Source: a virus | Direction: 5' to 3' (one strand) | Virus record (IMG/VR): IMGVR_UViG_3300050821_001858 | Coordinates: 49,067-113,066 of that record | DNA length: 64,000 bases | Part shown: positions 34,405-43,386 of the stretch, one piece after another | How the letters are laid out: each line of letters begins with the position of its first letter | Position numbering within the stretch: the stretch's first letter is position 1 | Program-made: the position numbers and the translations under genes | Notes under the pieces: generated by a model | What the model was told of the DNA's origin: nothing | Database searches by the model: none | The model's input: the letters and a program-made list of their open reading frames with translations, nothing else

Positions 34405-34628
34405 TGTATAAATGGGTTTTTCTCTATTACATCGTATTTGGGTTTATTGTTTTACATAACATATATGGTAAAGAGGTTTATGTAAATTCGGGAGAGATTA
34501 TGATAATAGCCCCTCCCGATGCTATTTCCCCACGTGGTACCGGTTCTAAAGTGCTTGTACATGATACTTGGTTATACATAAGAGAAATTCCAAAAGATGT
34601 CATTAGAGCGATTAAAGATGAAACGTAA
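34404..34628 (+). CDS. Hypothetical protein
   Basis: Coupled ORF. Confidence 0.55.
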   Translation: MYKWVFLYYIVFGFIVLHNIYGKEVYVNSGEIMIIAPPDAISPRGTGSKVLVHDTWLYIREIPKDVIRAIKDET

Positions 34629-34824
34629 AAAGAAGAAGCGTGATATATCACGTATCAGACGTAAGATTGATAATTATATCTATGGAAAGTATTTTGATAC
34701 TCTTAGTAAATATCAAGATCAAGATGATATTAGATTTCCTATGCCCTCTTGGGCTATTATGAGTTATCAAACTGAAGAATATATGAGATATATGAATGGC
34801 GAAATTTATTCATCAAAACTATGA
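34618..34824 (+). CDS. Micro-ORF family hypothetical protein
   Basis: FP.P motif. Confidence 0.5.
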   Translation: MKRKKKKRDISRIRRKIDNYIYGKYFDTLSKYQDQDDIRFPMPSWAIMSYQTEEYMRYMNGEIYSSKL

Positions 34825-35476
34825 ATCGGCTGACCTCAAGAAAGAAGATACTGATCAAGGTAGGTTCTATATTACCCCTGAGGGAGATCGCTACCCTTCT
34901 GTGACTACAGTCCTATCCAAGTCTCGGGATCAAACTGGTCTTAAAAAGTGGCGAGAGGCTATTGGTAAAGAACAAGCCAATCAGATACTCAAACAGGCTC
35001 AGAATAGAGGAAACGCTGTACATTTATTAGCCGAAGAGTACATTAAGAACAATCCTAATTGGGCACGAGGGCACATGCCGTCCAATCTGGATTCCTTCAA
35101 GCAGTTCAAACTTTTGCTTGACACCAATCTCAACCTAGTGTATGGTCAGGAACTTAGACTCTACTCCACCTTACTTCAGGCGGCTGGAACTGCTGACTTG
35201 GTGTGTAGGTGGAATGGTGAAAATGCCATTGTTGACTTTAAGACAGCACGTAAAGAGAAGACCGAAGAATTTGCATTAGGATATCTGTTACAAGCTACAG
35301 CTTATTCAATAATGGTAGAAGAACGTTTTGGACTAGTCTGCCCTCGTATAGTGGTATTGCTAGCCAGAGATCACGAAAATATACCGCAGGTTTTCATCAA
35401 GGAAACCGCTGATTATCGTCAGCGAGTGACCGATATCTTCAAGAATTACACCTTGAAGACAATAAATAAAGGATGA
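34796..35476 (+). CDS. PD-(D/E)XK exonuclease (Cas4/RecB-like)
   Basis: YPSVTTVL, RG..VH, AGTADL, IVDFKT, Q..AY. Confidence 0.88.
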   Translation: MAKFIHQNYESADLKKEDTDQGRFYITPEGDRYPSVTTVLSKSRDQTGLKKWREAIGKEQANQILKQAQNRGNAVHLLAEEYIKNNPNWARGHMPSNLDSFKQFKLLLDTNLNLVYGQELRLYSTLLQAAGTADLVCRWNGENAIVDFKTARKEKTEEFALGYLLQATAYSIMVEERFGLVCPRIVVLLARDHENIPQVFIKETADYRQRVTDIFKNYTLKTINKG

Positions 35477-36057
35477 AAACATTTAAGCAACATTCGAACG
35501 TACTTTTAGAAATGGGTCTTAGTCGAATGCGAACGCATTTCCAGAACGGTCCTGTTGGGATTGTATCTGCTTTTCAGGGCAAAGATCGAAACGAAGATGA
35601 AGATAACCATAAGAAGCTTATTGGTATGGCTCGGGAACATGGTTATGGTCCTATTCAAACTACTGGTCGTTCCCAATGGGGACCTGAAAAGTCTGTAGTT
35701 ATTCCGGGTGTTTCTAAAGAACATCTAGAAAAGTTTGGAAACCATTTCAACCAACAGGCAGCTATTCATGTTACTGATGGGGGAACTAAAGCGAACCTTC
35801 ATTGGTTAAAGTCATCGGATAAGCCGGGTGTTACTGAGCATCTTGGGGGTGTCCATTATAATAAGCCCAATGACCTGGGGGTTACTATTCTAAAAGGTCA
35901 CGGTTTTAATACAAAGGATAAAACTTCTATTGGTGCTGAAAAGACTGATGGGGAACGTCCCACAAGATCATTTACCTTTGGGGAAGGGTATATTTTGGAA
36001 AAGATTGAAATTCCACCTTCGGGAATGCTTAGACAGGAAGCAATCCCTCTAGTATAA
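35473..36057 (+). CDS. Hypothetical protein, possible internal head protein
   Basis: MKTFKQH..LLE N-terminus; TAAATA just upstream. Confidence 0.65.
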   Translation: MKTFKQHSNVLLEMGLSRMRTHFQNGPVGIVSAFQGKDRNEDEDNHKKLIGMAREHGYGPIQTTGRSQWGPEKSVVIPGVSKEHLEKFGNHFNQQAAIHVTDGGTKANLHWLKSSDKPGVTEHLGGVHYNKPNDLGVTILKGHGFNTKDKTSIGAEKTDGERPTRSFTFGEGYILEKIEIPPSGMLRQEAIPLV

Positions 36058-36068
36058 GGATTGTTTTT

Positions 36069-36353
36069 ATGAATAATACCACTCCAAATACAGTACACGC
36101 TAATACCACCTCGGTATCAACTCGACATTATTCGTTTGCTCTCCCGGTAACTCTATCGGCATTTTATACGTCGATGGCTCCCGGTTATCTTCAGCAAAAG
36201 GGTATTTGGGCTGATCTACCGGTTTCGTTTCAGTGGTTGATTTATAATGCTTCTCAAAAGGGAGAGAGTGTTACAATCACTAAGGCAGAATTAGATCAAA
36301 TTTCGGATGCTCATTGGCAGCATATTCAGCCATTGCTTTCGGGTATGGTGTGA
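36069..36353 (+). CDS. Hypothetical protein
   Basis: SD AAGGA. Confidence 0.6.
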   Translation: MNNTTPNTVHANTTSVSTRHYSFALPVTLSAFYTSMAPGYLQQKGIWADLPVSFQWLIYNASQKGESVTITKAELDQISDAHWQHIQPLLSGMV

Positions 36354-36514
36354 TGCACGATAGTAGAATTTTTAATGATTATGATCATCGAACATTTAAG
36401 ATGATTGATAAAGATGTTGATCTTGCTCCATTTTCTACAGAACTATCATTAGCAGGATCGCGTCTTCGTTGGATACTTTTAGAAGTTATTGAAAAAACAT
36501 CATGGTTTAGATAA
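36353..36514 (+). CDS. Micro-ORF family hypothetical protein
   Basis: Ends WFR. Confidence 0.45.
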   Translation: MHDSRIFNDYDHRTFKMIDKDVDLAPFSTELSLAGSRLRWILLEVIEKTSWFR

Positions 36515-37066
36515 ATGATTATACGAGTGATATTCTTTGGGGGCTATCTAGCTTCCATCAATGATATGGCAGCATGGCAGAATTCAGCTAAACTTCAAAA
36601 GCCAGATGTTGAATTTGAAACCCACCATTGGGTATCAGGTGCATCCGCTGGTGATCCGGTCCCCCATTATCAACAGACACTTGCTGCCGCTGAATTACAA
36701 ATCAAGAATACGCCTGAGAAGACATTCTATATTGTTGGTCATTCATCAGGATGCGCAGTTGCCAATGAATTGGCAAAGCGTGTTATAAAGTTGAAACATT
36801 GGTGTGTCGTTGCTTTGGATGGTTTTCGTCCGACGAATGATCTAAATCCCGATTGTTGGTCGGCGATGTGTGAAGGACACAAATCACTCAATTATGATGC
36901 TTTGAAGAGTGCTGTTCATTTCTCGGTTTATCAGGCGAAAGATGCTACCACTAAGTGGGCACTTCATTTCTCGCTTGTTAATACGAATTCAACTGATAAA
37001 CTTGTCCATGATATTGTTCATGGTTATGCTAATTGTGAGGCAAATCTATGTTGGCTTCGGGAATGA
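36515..37066 (+). CDS. Alpha/beta-hydrolase-like protein
   Basis: GHSSG nucleophile elbow, LDG. Confidence 0.65.
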   Translation: MIIRVIFFGGYLASINDMAAWQNSAKLQKPDVEFETHHWVSGASAGDPVPHYQQTLAAAELQIKNTPEKTFYIVGHSSGCAVANELAKRVIKLKHWCVVALDGFRPTNDLNPDCWSAMCEGHKSLNYDALKSAVHFSVYQAKDATTKWALHFSLVNTNSTDKLVHDIVHGYANCEANLCWLRE

Positions 37067-37236
37067 GTGCTTTTGATTATGGGTTTATTGCTGATAGAAT
37101 ATTCAATATGGTTATGTCCCCTATTTTTACCGAATGTCTTAAACACGCACCAATGACTAATCATCGATTGTTTACTGAACAACTTGCTATGTTTACTCGA
37201 ATGGAACGAACGATACAAAATGGATTTGCCAAATAA
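37063..37236 (+). CDS. Micro-ORF family hypothetical protein
   Basis: ATGA-coupled. Confidence 0.45.
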   Translation: MSAFDYGFIADRIFNMVMSPIFTECLKHAPMTNHRLFTEQLAMFTRMERTIQNGFAK

Positions 37237-37804
37237 AAAGTTTCCTGTGATTTACTCAGACCCGGCGTGGTCTTTTATGACCTTTTCTAACAAAGGAAAG
37301 GGTCGATCCCCGGAGCAGCATTATCCTTGTTTGAATTTACCAGATTTGAAAGCAATTCCAGTAGGGGATATTGCTGAGAAGAATAGCGTTCTTTTGATGT
37401 GGACAATCGATACTCATATTCCTCAGGCTCTTGATTTAATGAAATGTTGGGGATTTGAATATAAGACGGTTTGTTTTTATTGGGCTAAGTTGAATAAGTC
37501 CGCCCCGGAACATGAATGGAAAGAAAAGGATTTCTTTAAAGGACTTGGTTATTATACGCGAGCTAATCCCGAGCAATGTCTTATTGGAACGCGAGGAAAA
37601 GGATTGACACGTAAAGGTAAAGATGTCCCCCGCCTGATTATATCAAAGCGTCGAGAACATTCCCGTAAACCAGATGAAGCTTATAAGCGTATCATGCGTT
37701 TGTATGATGGTCCTTATATTGAACTATTCGCTCGCCAATCTTGGCCAGAATGGGAAGTTTGGGGAAACGAAATTAATAAGTTTGAGGTAGCTGATGGCAA
37801 ATGA
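37220..37804 (+). CDS. MT-A70-family adenine methyltransferase
   Basis: IYSDPAW, HY, WGFEYKT, GLGYYTRANPE, EHSRKP, ELFAR, WGNE. Confidence 0.92.
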   Translation: MDLPNKKFPVIYSDPAWSFMTFSNKGKGRSPEQHYPCLNLPDLKAIPVGDIAEKNSVLLMWTIDTHIPQALDLMKCWGFEYKTVCFYWAKLNKSAPEHEWKEKDFFKGLGYYTRANPEQCLIGTRGKGLTRKGKDVPRLIISKRREHSRKPDEAYKRIMRLYDGPYIELFARQSWPEWEVWGNEINKFEVADGK

Positions 37805-37994
37805 TCTTGATGGAGTTAAGATGCATTTTGATGCTAGGACTAGAAACCTAGAAAATCGATGCAAGGAACTTGAACGTCGGGTTGCTCTTCTGGAAAGAGA
37901 CAACAAGACGTTGAAAGCAGAGAACAAAAAGCTAGCAAGGAAAGGACTTAAGTCCTATGTTGATGCGGTGACAAAAACCTCAATGAAGGGTTGA
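37794..37994 (+). CDS. Coiled-coil hypothetical protein
   Basis: Heptad pattern. Confidence 0.55.
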   Translation: MANDLDGVKMHFDARTRNLENRCKELERRVALLERDNKTLKAENKKLARKGLKSYVDAVTKTSMKG

Positions 37995-38051
37995 CAGTGT
38001 TATTTTCTTCTGCTAGAGTGTCCAAAGTGAGAAAATATCAGGGGAATGTAA

Positions 38052-38321
38052 ATGTTGAATTTAGGCAGTCCACCAAACAAGGGTTTTAATCCAAATAGTC
38101 AATGCAAGGGTTTGTTTGCGAGCGTTGTAGTCATGGAAGAACGTATCACGGCGCTTATGCGAAATGCCCTGAAGGGGGTAAAAGTTAATCCGGTATTTGA
38201 ACCTCGACTGATAGCTGTTGCACGCAGAGCAATTAAGATATATGGTGCTGATGATAATGCTGTCATCAACGCTATCATCATGGCAAGGGAAGCACTTATC
38301 TCAACCGAATGTAAGGAGTGA
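38052..38321 (+). CDS. Hypothetical protein
   Basis: Follows TTGACA-17-TAGAGT promoter at 37991. Confidence 0.5.
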   Translation: MLNLGSPPNKGFNPNSQCKGLFASVVVMEERITALMRNALKGVKVNPVFEPRLIAVARRAIKIYGADDNAVINAIIMAREALISTECKE

Positions 38322-38324
38322 GCT

Positions 38325-38531
38325 ATGTCTGTGAATTACAATCCTAATTGGAAAAATGGTCTGCCCCCGGCGCCGAGTAATAAGACGCTTGTGTATCGTG
38401 ATCTTTATCCTACGTCTGTGTCCCTTCCTGTAACATCCAACGATCCGCTTACGTGGTGGCTTTGTGGTGTTGGTGTCGCTTTGGCTGTGTTGGCTTTTGT
38501 TATGTGGGGCGCTCATGTGGTTGTTGGATAA
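38325..38531 (+). CDS. Small membrane protein
   Basis: SD AGGAG, C-terminal TM. Confidence 0.6.
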   Translation: MSVNYNPNWKNGLPPAPSNKTLVYRDLYPTSVSLPVTSNDPLTWWLCGVGVALAVLAFVMWGAHVVVG

Positions 38532-38748
38532 GAGACTGTTTCAGTTGATTGGAATTAGACTATACAAAGGCATCAAATGGATTTTGATAGCTTTTGTTAT
38601 TGCCTTTGCCGTAGTTTTCTTTTCTTCTGTATTTTATGGTTTACTATCATTGATTTTACCTGTACCAATTGCTATGATCGGTACGTGTTTTATTCTTGGT
38701 TGTATATTATTGGGATTTGCTGATAGAAGTGATGAAAGGGAGTAAATT

Positions 38749-39228
38749 ATGCCGTATATTGAGAACAAAGATAATATTCGGGAACGTATTATGATTGGTA
38801 AACAAAAGCCTACTAATCCAGGGGAGTTGAATTATTATATGACGACCCAGATACTTAGATATCTGGCTGATCAACGAGCAATGTTCGGAAGACTTTCCTA
38901 TCAGACATTGAATTATGTCTATGGAAAGCTTGATGAAATCTACGATAATGCCGACAAGATAAGTTTAGCTCTTGACAAAGAACGTTTTGTTCAAAACGTT
39001 CAATTGGTTATTCGTCGGTATATTTTAGATACTGATAATGTTTTCTCTGAAAATGGAGAACATATCATGACTGATGTACGGGGGGCAATCCGTGCTTGTC
39101 AAGCTGAATTCTATCGTCGCTTGATTGCCCCTTATGAGGATCAAAAAATAAAAGAGAACGGGGACGTTTATCCTGTTGACAACGGGGCTGTGTTGTGGTC
39201 TTCTTATGAGACAAAGACCGGGAGATAA
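38749..39228 (+). CDS. Conserved phage hypothetical protein
   Basis: MPYI...GELNY...EFYRR..APYED.KI.ENGDV. Confidence 0.75.
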   Translation: MPYIENKDNIRERIMIGKQKPTNPGELNYYMTTQILRYLADQRAMFGRLSYQTLNYVYGKLDEIYDNADKISLALDKERFVQNVQLVIRRYILDTDNVFSENGEHIMTDVRGAIRACQAEFYRRLIAPYEDQKIKENGDVYPVDNGAVLWSSYETKTGR

Positions 39229-39231
39229 ATT

Positions 39232-39636
39232 ATGACTGTTGGTGATATTCTACATCGTGACCAAGCATTGAAAGGCTATTCGCTTGCAGCCGTTGAGCAA
39301 ATGGCAATTCATTGGTTGATGATGTCGCAGATTTTTGCGGGACGTAAGATCGATGCTATCAAGCTTCGTCGCGCTGCAACTGGTGATGGGCTGAAGGAAG
39401 CCAAGGATTACGTTGAAGAGATTGAGGCTAAACTTAAGCCTTCCACTTACGCACCGGTTAATCCTCCGTTTGCTCTTACGGAGGTTCAATATAAGGAAGT
39501 GTTGCGTCGGCTTGATAAGCTTGAGCAAGATGCTTATGATCTTTTCCAGATTGTCGGTGATCATGATAAGAAAATCCGACGTGTTAATAAGAGAGCGTTT
39601 AGAGAGTTACCGGAGCATGCACGCAATGGGGATTAA
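39232..39636 (+). CDS. Ribosomal protein L7/L12 C-terminal-like domain protein
   Basis: KIDAIKLRRAATGDGLKEAKDYVE. Confidence 0.75.
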   Translation: MTVGDILHRDQALKGYSLAAVEQMAIHWLMMSQIFAGRKIDAIKLRRAATGDGLKEAKDYVEEIEAKLKPSTYAPVNPPFALTEVQYKEVLRRLDKLEQDAYDLFQIVGDHDKKIRRVNKRAFRELPEHARNGD

Positions 39637-39934
39637 TACCGTAGCTGTTCTTTTTAATGATGTGGCACATCAGATGCCTGATCGTATGTATCGGGCAGTT
39701 GTGGATTATCGTTATGAAAAGAATGAGCATTTTGGTTTGGGGACGGTGATTTCTGCTGCCCATGCCGATCACTATCAGGTTGTAGTTGTGCAAGGTAACA
39801 CGGGATGGACGCTTGACAAAGCCCCTGATCTTCCGTTATACTGCCAGGATCAATTGGCGGAATGCCTTCGTCGGCACGGTTGGAGGGTTACGAAAAATGT
39901 TCGCTCGGCATCCAAAAGAATTTCTGGTCTATAA
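39626..39934 (+). CDS. Hypothetical protein
   Basis: MG.NT.....ND...HAD...VVV.GN. Confidence 0.65.
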   Translation: MGINTVAVLFNDVAHQMPDRMYRAVVDYRYEKNEHFGLGTVISAAHADHYQVVVVQGNTGWTLDKAPDLPLYCQDQLAECLRRHGWRVTKNVRSASKRISGL

Positions 39935-40181
39935 TAATAAGCCCGCTTGGGGCGTCATTATAGATAATACCGATCAAGCTGTGCTCCATCTTGTGCGCTA
40001 TGAAAAGGCACGCAAGGCGGATTTTCATCATGTGTATTACATCGCTCCGCAGTACCTCGAAAAAATGAGTGTTGGCGAGGCGACTTTTCTTTGGGGTGAT
40101 GAACGCGGCATTTCTTCGTTTGATGTTGTTCCCCTTGCCGTGGTAAATAAGGTAAAGGAACTGTATAATAAGGAAAACTAA
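39897..40181 (+). CDS. Hypothetical protein
   Basis: SD GGAGG. Confidence 0.55.
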   Translation: MFARHPKEFLVYNNKPAWGVIIDNTDQAVLHLVRYEKARKADFHHVYYIAPQYLEKMSVGEATFLWGDERGISSFDVVPLAVVNKVKELYNKEN

Positions 40182-40182
40182 A

Positions 40183-41040
40183 ATGGCTAAAAAAAAGAAT
40201 AAGGGAACAGAATATGAAATCAATTTTGTTGAAATTTTAACGAAAGCAGGTTTAGCCTCGCCGGGGCATACTACGGGAGGAAATGGTACCGACGCTTATA
40301 TTTGTGATTTCTTGGTTGAACTTAAGAAGAGTAAGAAAGCTCATTATCTTCAAAAGACTTTACATTGGATTAATGGTAAAGGTTGGCAATTTGCTGAACC
40401 TGAAGAGAAAACCTCTCAAGTAGAGTTTATGAAATGCTTAGAAACGTTGCCGAGTATTCTTGAATATATCAATGAAAATTGGCCAAAGCCAACAGGGAAT
40501 TATGAAATTGATGTTGAACGTATTGTGAATTTAGAGGATATTCAAAAGCACGCAAAGATTACTAATGATCAAATGATGGATATGATTAGGACATTCTATT
40601 ATGATAAGAGAAATACTTATCTTCATGTGGGGAGCGGTTTTGGTCTGTACCATTTTAACGATGATCATGGACATTTTCTTACACCTAGATTTGGTGGTGG
40701 CGCTGCTAAAATGAGAGCGCGTCTTAAGAAAACAAAGACACCGAAAGAGGAAGGAAAAAAAATACAGTACCACTTTCAGTTGCAGTTGGAGTTAACTTCG
40801 CTTCCAAAATCACCTATTGACTTGAACGATCCGGTTATGCTACAATCCTTCATCGATAGACACCGGGACGGCTTTATCTCGGGAAAATGGAAGATAGAAC
40901 ATTGGGATCGTCTTAAGCCTCTTCTTAGACTTGGCTTTATTACATCGTTACCTCCTAAACCGATAAGGAAAGACAATGAACAAGTTTCAGGCGGCTTTCG
41001 AAGCGAAGCGGGCTCGTTTAGTCACAGCCTTGCGCTCTAA
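40183..41040 (+). CDS. Putative PD-(D/E)XK endonuclease
   Basis: G.EYE...GTD......VELK. Confidence 0.55.
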   Translation: MAKKKNKGTEYEINFVEILTKAGLASPGHTTGGNGTDAYICDFLVELKKSKKAHYLQKTLHWINGKGWQFAEPEEKTSQVEFMKCLETLPSILEYINENWPKPTGNYEIDVERIVNLEDIQKHAKITNDQMMDMIRTFYYDKRNTYLHVGSGFGLYHFNDDHGHFLTPRFGGGAAKMRARLKKTKTPKEEGKKIQYHFQLQLELTSLPKSPIDLNDPVMLQSFIDRHRDGFISGKWKIEHWDRLKPLLRLGFITSLPPKPIRKDNEQVSGGFRSEAGSFSHSLAL

Positions 41041-41233
41041 GGAAACTGGCGTCATTTTGACGCTGCCGCGCCCAAAGCGTCATTATGATGTGTTTGTGTC
41101 AAACAACATCCCCCTTGAGGAAAGAACCAAGTATGATTGTGGGTTTTTCGATCCGCAGGAAAATGATTTCCTCAAGCAGGGTCGGGGTGATGGGGAGTAT
41201 CCTCTTGATTCCGTTAGGGTGTTTGTGGTATGA
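40976..41233 (+). CDS. Hypothetical protein
   Basis: P.RH.D...GF.D...FL motif. Confidence 0.55.
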   Translation: MNKFQAAFEAKRARLVTALRSKETGVILTLPRPKRHYDVFVSNNIPLEERTKYDCGFFDPQENDFLKQGRGDGEYPLDSVRVFVV

Positions 41234-41436
41234 TTGAACAAAATTTTTTCGTCAAAAGACTTGGACGTATTCATGAGAAAACGACTAAAAAGCTTAAAAT
41301 TTTTGTAGATTTTAAGCTTTATCCTTTTCATCCTTTTGATATGGCTAGAAATATTGATAATGTTAACCTTATGTATAATATTCAACTTCACGATCATGAA
41401 TGGCAAATATTGTACGAACAGTGGTTTCAGAGGTAA
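41230..41436 (+). CDS. Micro-ORF family hypothetical protein
   Basis: Ends WFQR. Confidence 0.5.
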   Translation: MIEQNFFVKRLGRIHEKTTKKLKIFVDFKLYPFHPFDMARNIDNVNLMYNIQLHDHEWQILYEQWFQR

Positions 41437-41437
41437 A

Positions 41438-41617
41438 ATGTTTAATTATGATCGATTCGATGAAGTGAAAAGGGTGTTGTATATTGCAACAAATATGCAT
41501 TTAGGTAATCCTTATGTATATTATAAAGGTATTGATCTATCGATACCTTTATATCGAGGATGGGGAACTATCCTTAGAACAGGATTGACAAGTGTTTTGG
41601 GAGCGTTTGACGCATAA
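41438..41617 (+). CDS. Micro-ORF family hypothetical protein
   Basis: PL.R.WG..L as in the ORF at 44764. Confidence 0.5.
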   Translation: MFNYDRFDEVKRVLYIATNMHLGNPYVYYKGIDLSIPLYRGWGTILRTGLTSVLGAFDA

Positions 41618-41942
41618 CGAACAAGATCGATACTGGTCCCTCTCGCAAAGGCTTAAGAGGTATGTGACGGCTTGTCTTCAATTTCCTGGTGTTGAAAAGG
41701 CTATGATAGAGTGGTTGAAGGCTGCTCATGAAGAGCGCGAAGCAATCTGCCGACGTGAAGAGCGTAAGAGTAACCATTTTACTCATAATGTCGCCAATCA
41801 CGTTCATTATGACCAAGAAACCATCCGAATGCACTTGGAGTTGGAATTGAATTTTTGCCGAGATCATATGGTTAATTCAGTGTGTACCGATGCTGAGTTA
41901 ATTGAGATTGAATTACTGGCATGCAAGGGATGGGGAATATGA
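41592..41942 (+). CDS. Hypothetical protein
   Basis: 116-aa ORF. Confidence 0.55.
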   Translation: MFWERLTHNEQDRYWSLSQRLKRYVTACLQFPGVEKAMIEWLKAAHEEREAICRREERKSNHFTHNVANHVHYDQETIRMHLELELNFCRDHMVNSVCTDAELIEIELLACKGWGI

Positions 41943-42154
41943 ACCATACTGAAGTTGGGGAGATCAAAGGTAAGATCAACACTAAGGTTTTTAACCGTTA
42001 TCTTAATATAGCTAAAAATGATGTTGTTGATAATTGGTGGGTTATAGCAAACGAACTTTCAAGATTTAACGGTTGTTTTACTATTAGAAATCCTCTTCAA
42101 AGAGCTATAGCTGATATGCGATATCTAGATAAACTAAATAAACCCCAGAGGTAA
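41939..42154 (+). CDS. Micro-ORF family hypothetical protein
   Basis: ATGA-coupled. Confidence 0.5.
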   Translation: MNHTEVGEIKGKINTKVFNRYLNIAKNDVVDNWWVIANELSRFNGCFTIRNPLQRAIADMRYLDKLNKPQR

Positions 42155-42162
42155 AAAACAAA

Positions 42163-42450
42163 ATGATACTTCCTGAATCTTTAGTAGGTTATATTGCATC
42201 GGTCTATATTTGTCTAGCATCAGCGACCGTTTGTGATAATTCAAATGCTCTTTGGACAAATTGGGCTTATATGCGCCCTGATAATGGTATGGTCGAACTT
42301 TCGTCCCCTGAGAAATTGAAGCAGATTTGTATCGATACAATGAAAAAAAATATTCCGAAGATCAATGCTCCTTATTTTACCATGGACGGGTCGAAAGAGG
42401 GCGAGCGATTAAAAATTCGGATTGAATGCGAAAAAGGTGTTGACATCTGA
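42163..42450 (+). CDS. Cys-containing, probably secreted protein
   Basis: Hydrophobic N-terminus, 4 Cys. Confidence 0.6.
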   Translation: MILPESLVGYIASVYICLASATVCDNSNALWTNWAYMRPDNGMVELSSPEKLKQICIDTMKKNIPKINAPYFTMDGSKEGERLKIRIECEKGVDI

Positions 42451-42470
42451 CCCAAGATGCAGTATAAATA
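42440..42470 (+). promoter_or_regulatory. Combined sigma70 and T4-late promoter for tmRNA
   Basis: TTGACA-17-TATAAATA. Confidence 0.7.
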
Positions 42471-42475
42471 AGACA

Positions 42476-42770
42476 CTGGACGATTAGTTGATGGTTCAAC
42501 TAAACACGAAACACTCGGGGGCAGTACCCGATACCTCCACCAAAAGCACATACCCTACCCAAAGGGTTGTTGACAGGGTTGGAAGGATCAACGCACAGGA
42601 TGTGCTTTTGATGGGGGTAAAATAGGTTCGACTTCGTGTGGAATGGAATCGGATAGTCGGTCGGTATATAACTGTCGCATCAAACGACAACTTTGCTCGG
42701 GAACTCGCCCTCGCGGCGTAATTCCCTACGGAGTTCGGTAGCTTCCTTGGCAACAGAAAAGCTACCATTT
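42476..42770 (+). ncRNA. ssrA: Two-piece (permuted) tmRNA, tag ASNDNFARELALAA
   Basis: T-arm and ACCTCCACCA (ending 42542) precede an intervening hairpin and the GGGGGT...TTCGAC piece (42613); tag ORF 42677-42721. Confidence 0.93.
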
Positions 42771-42804
42771 CACCATGTGTTTAACGAAAATAGGAGTGTA
42801 TACA

Positions 42805-43311
42805 ATGAGTTTGAATTCGAATGTTCGTAAGTTTGACCCTGTAAAGGGTATGGCGTTTCAGGGCGACCTCGCCATCGTTCCGGTTCCGGCTTCCGTGAAG
42901 CTTAACACCGCCAACGAAATCCAGCCCAAGAACGGCTACCTTGTTCTTCTTGAGGGTGAGTTGACTGGTCATCACCATGCAATTCCGGTCCTTGAGCGTC
43001 CGACCACTCAGGTTGAGCCGAAGACCACCCCGAAGAAGACCAGCAAGACTGTTGAAAACCTTTTCGACCTTGCTACTCAGGCTCCGTCCACCGCCAAGAT
43101 GTATCGTGATGCAAACGTCGCATCAGAGATGCAGCGCCTCGGCATCCTTACCCGTACCGACCTGATTGTCGGTGTGCTTGAGGTTTCCGAAGGTAACGGT
43201 GTTATCCTTCGCCATCACGAGCATGATGGTATCCACCTTCCGAAGGGCACTTACTACATCGGTCGTCAGGTCGAAAGTGCTTTCAATGAAGAGCGCCGGG
43301 TCGCCGACTAA
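42805..43311 (+). CDS. Hypothetical protein, usual partner of DUF6745-type proteins
   Basis: QGD, EGELTGHHH, H.EH..I.LP.G.Y...RQ.E......RVAD. Confidence 0.8.
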   Translation: MSLNSNVRKFDPVKGMAFQGDLAIVPVPASVKLNTANEIQPKNGYLVLLEGELTGHHHAIPVLERPTTQVEPKTTPKKTSKTVENLFDLATQAPSTAKMYRDANVASEMQRLGILTRTDLIVGVLEVSEGNGVILRHHEHDGIHLPKGTYYIGRQVESAFNEERRVAD

Positions 43312-43329
43312 TAATCGGTAACCAGTATC

Positions 43330-43353
43330 AGGGGGCTTGATTGCCCCCTTTTT
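43330..43353 (+). terminator. Intrinsic terminator
   Basis: agggggc-ttgatt-gccccct-tttt. Confidence 0.7.
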
Positions 43354-43386
43354 ATCTCCATGTCCTTCTAACATGAGGTTTATATT

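Noticed and set aside
42496-42768. Minus-strand 90-aa ORF
   Set aside because: It is antisense to the tmRNA.
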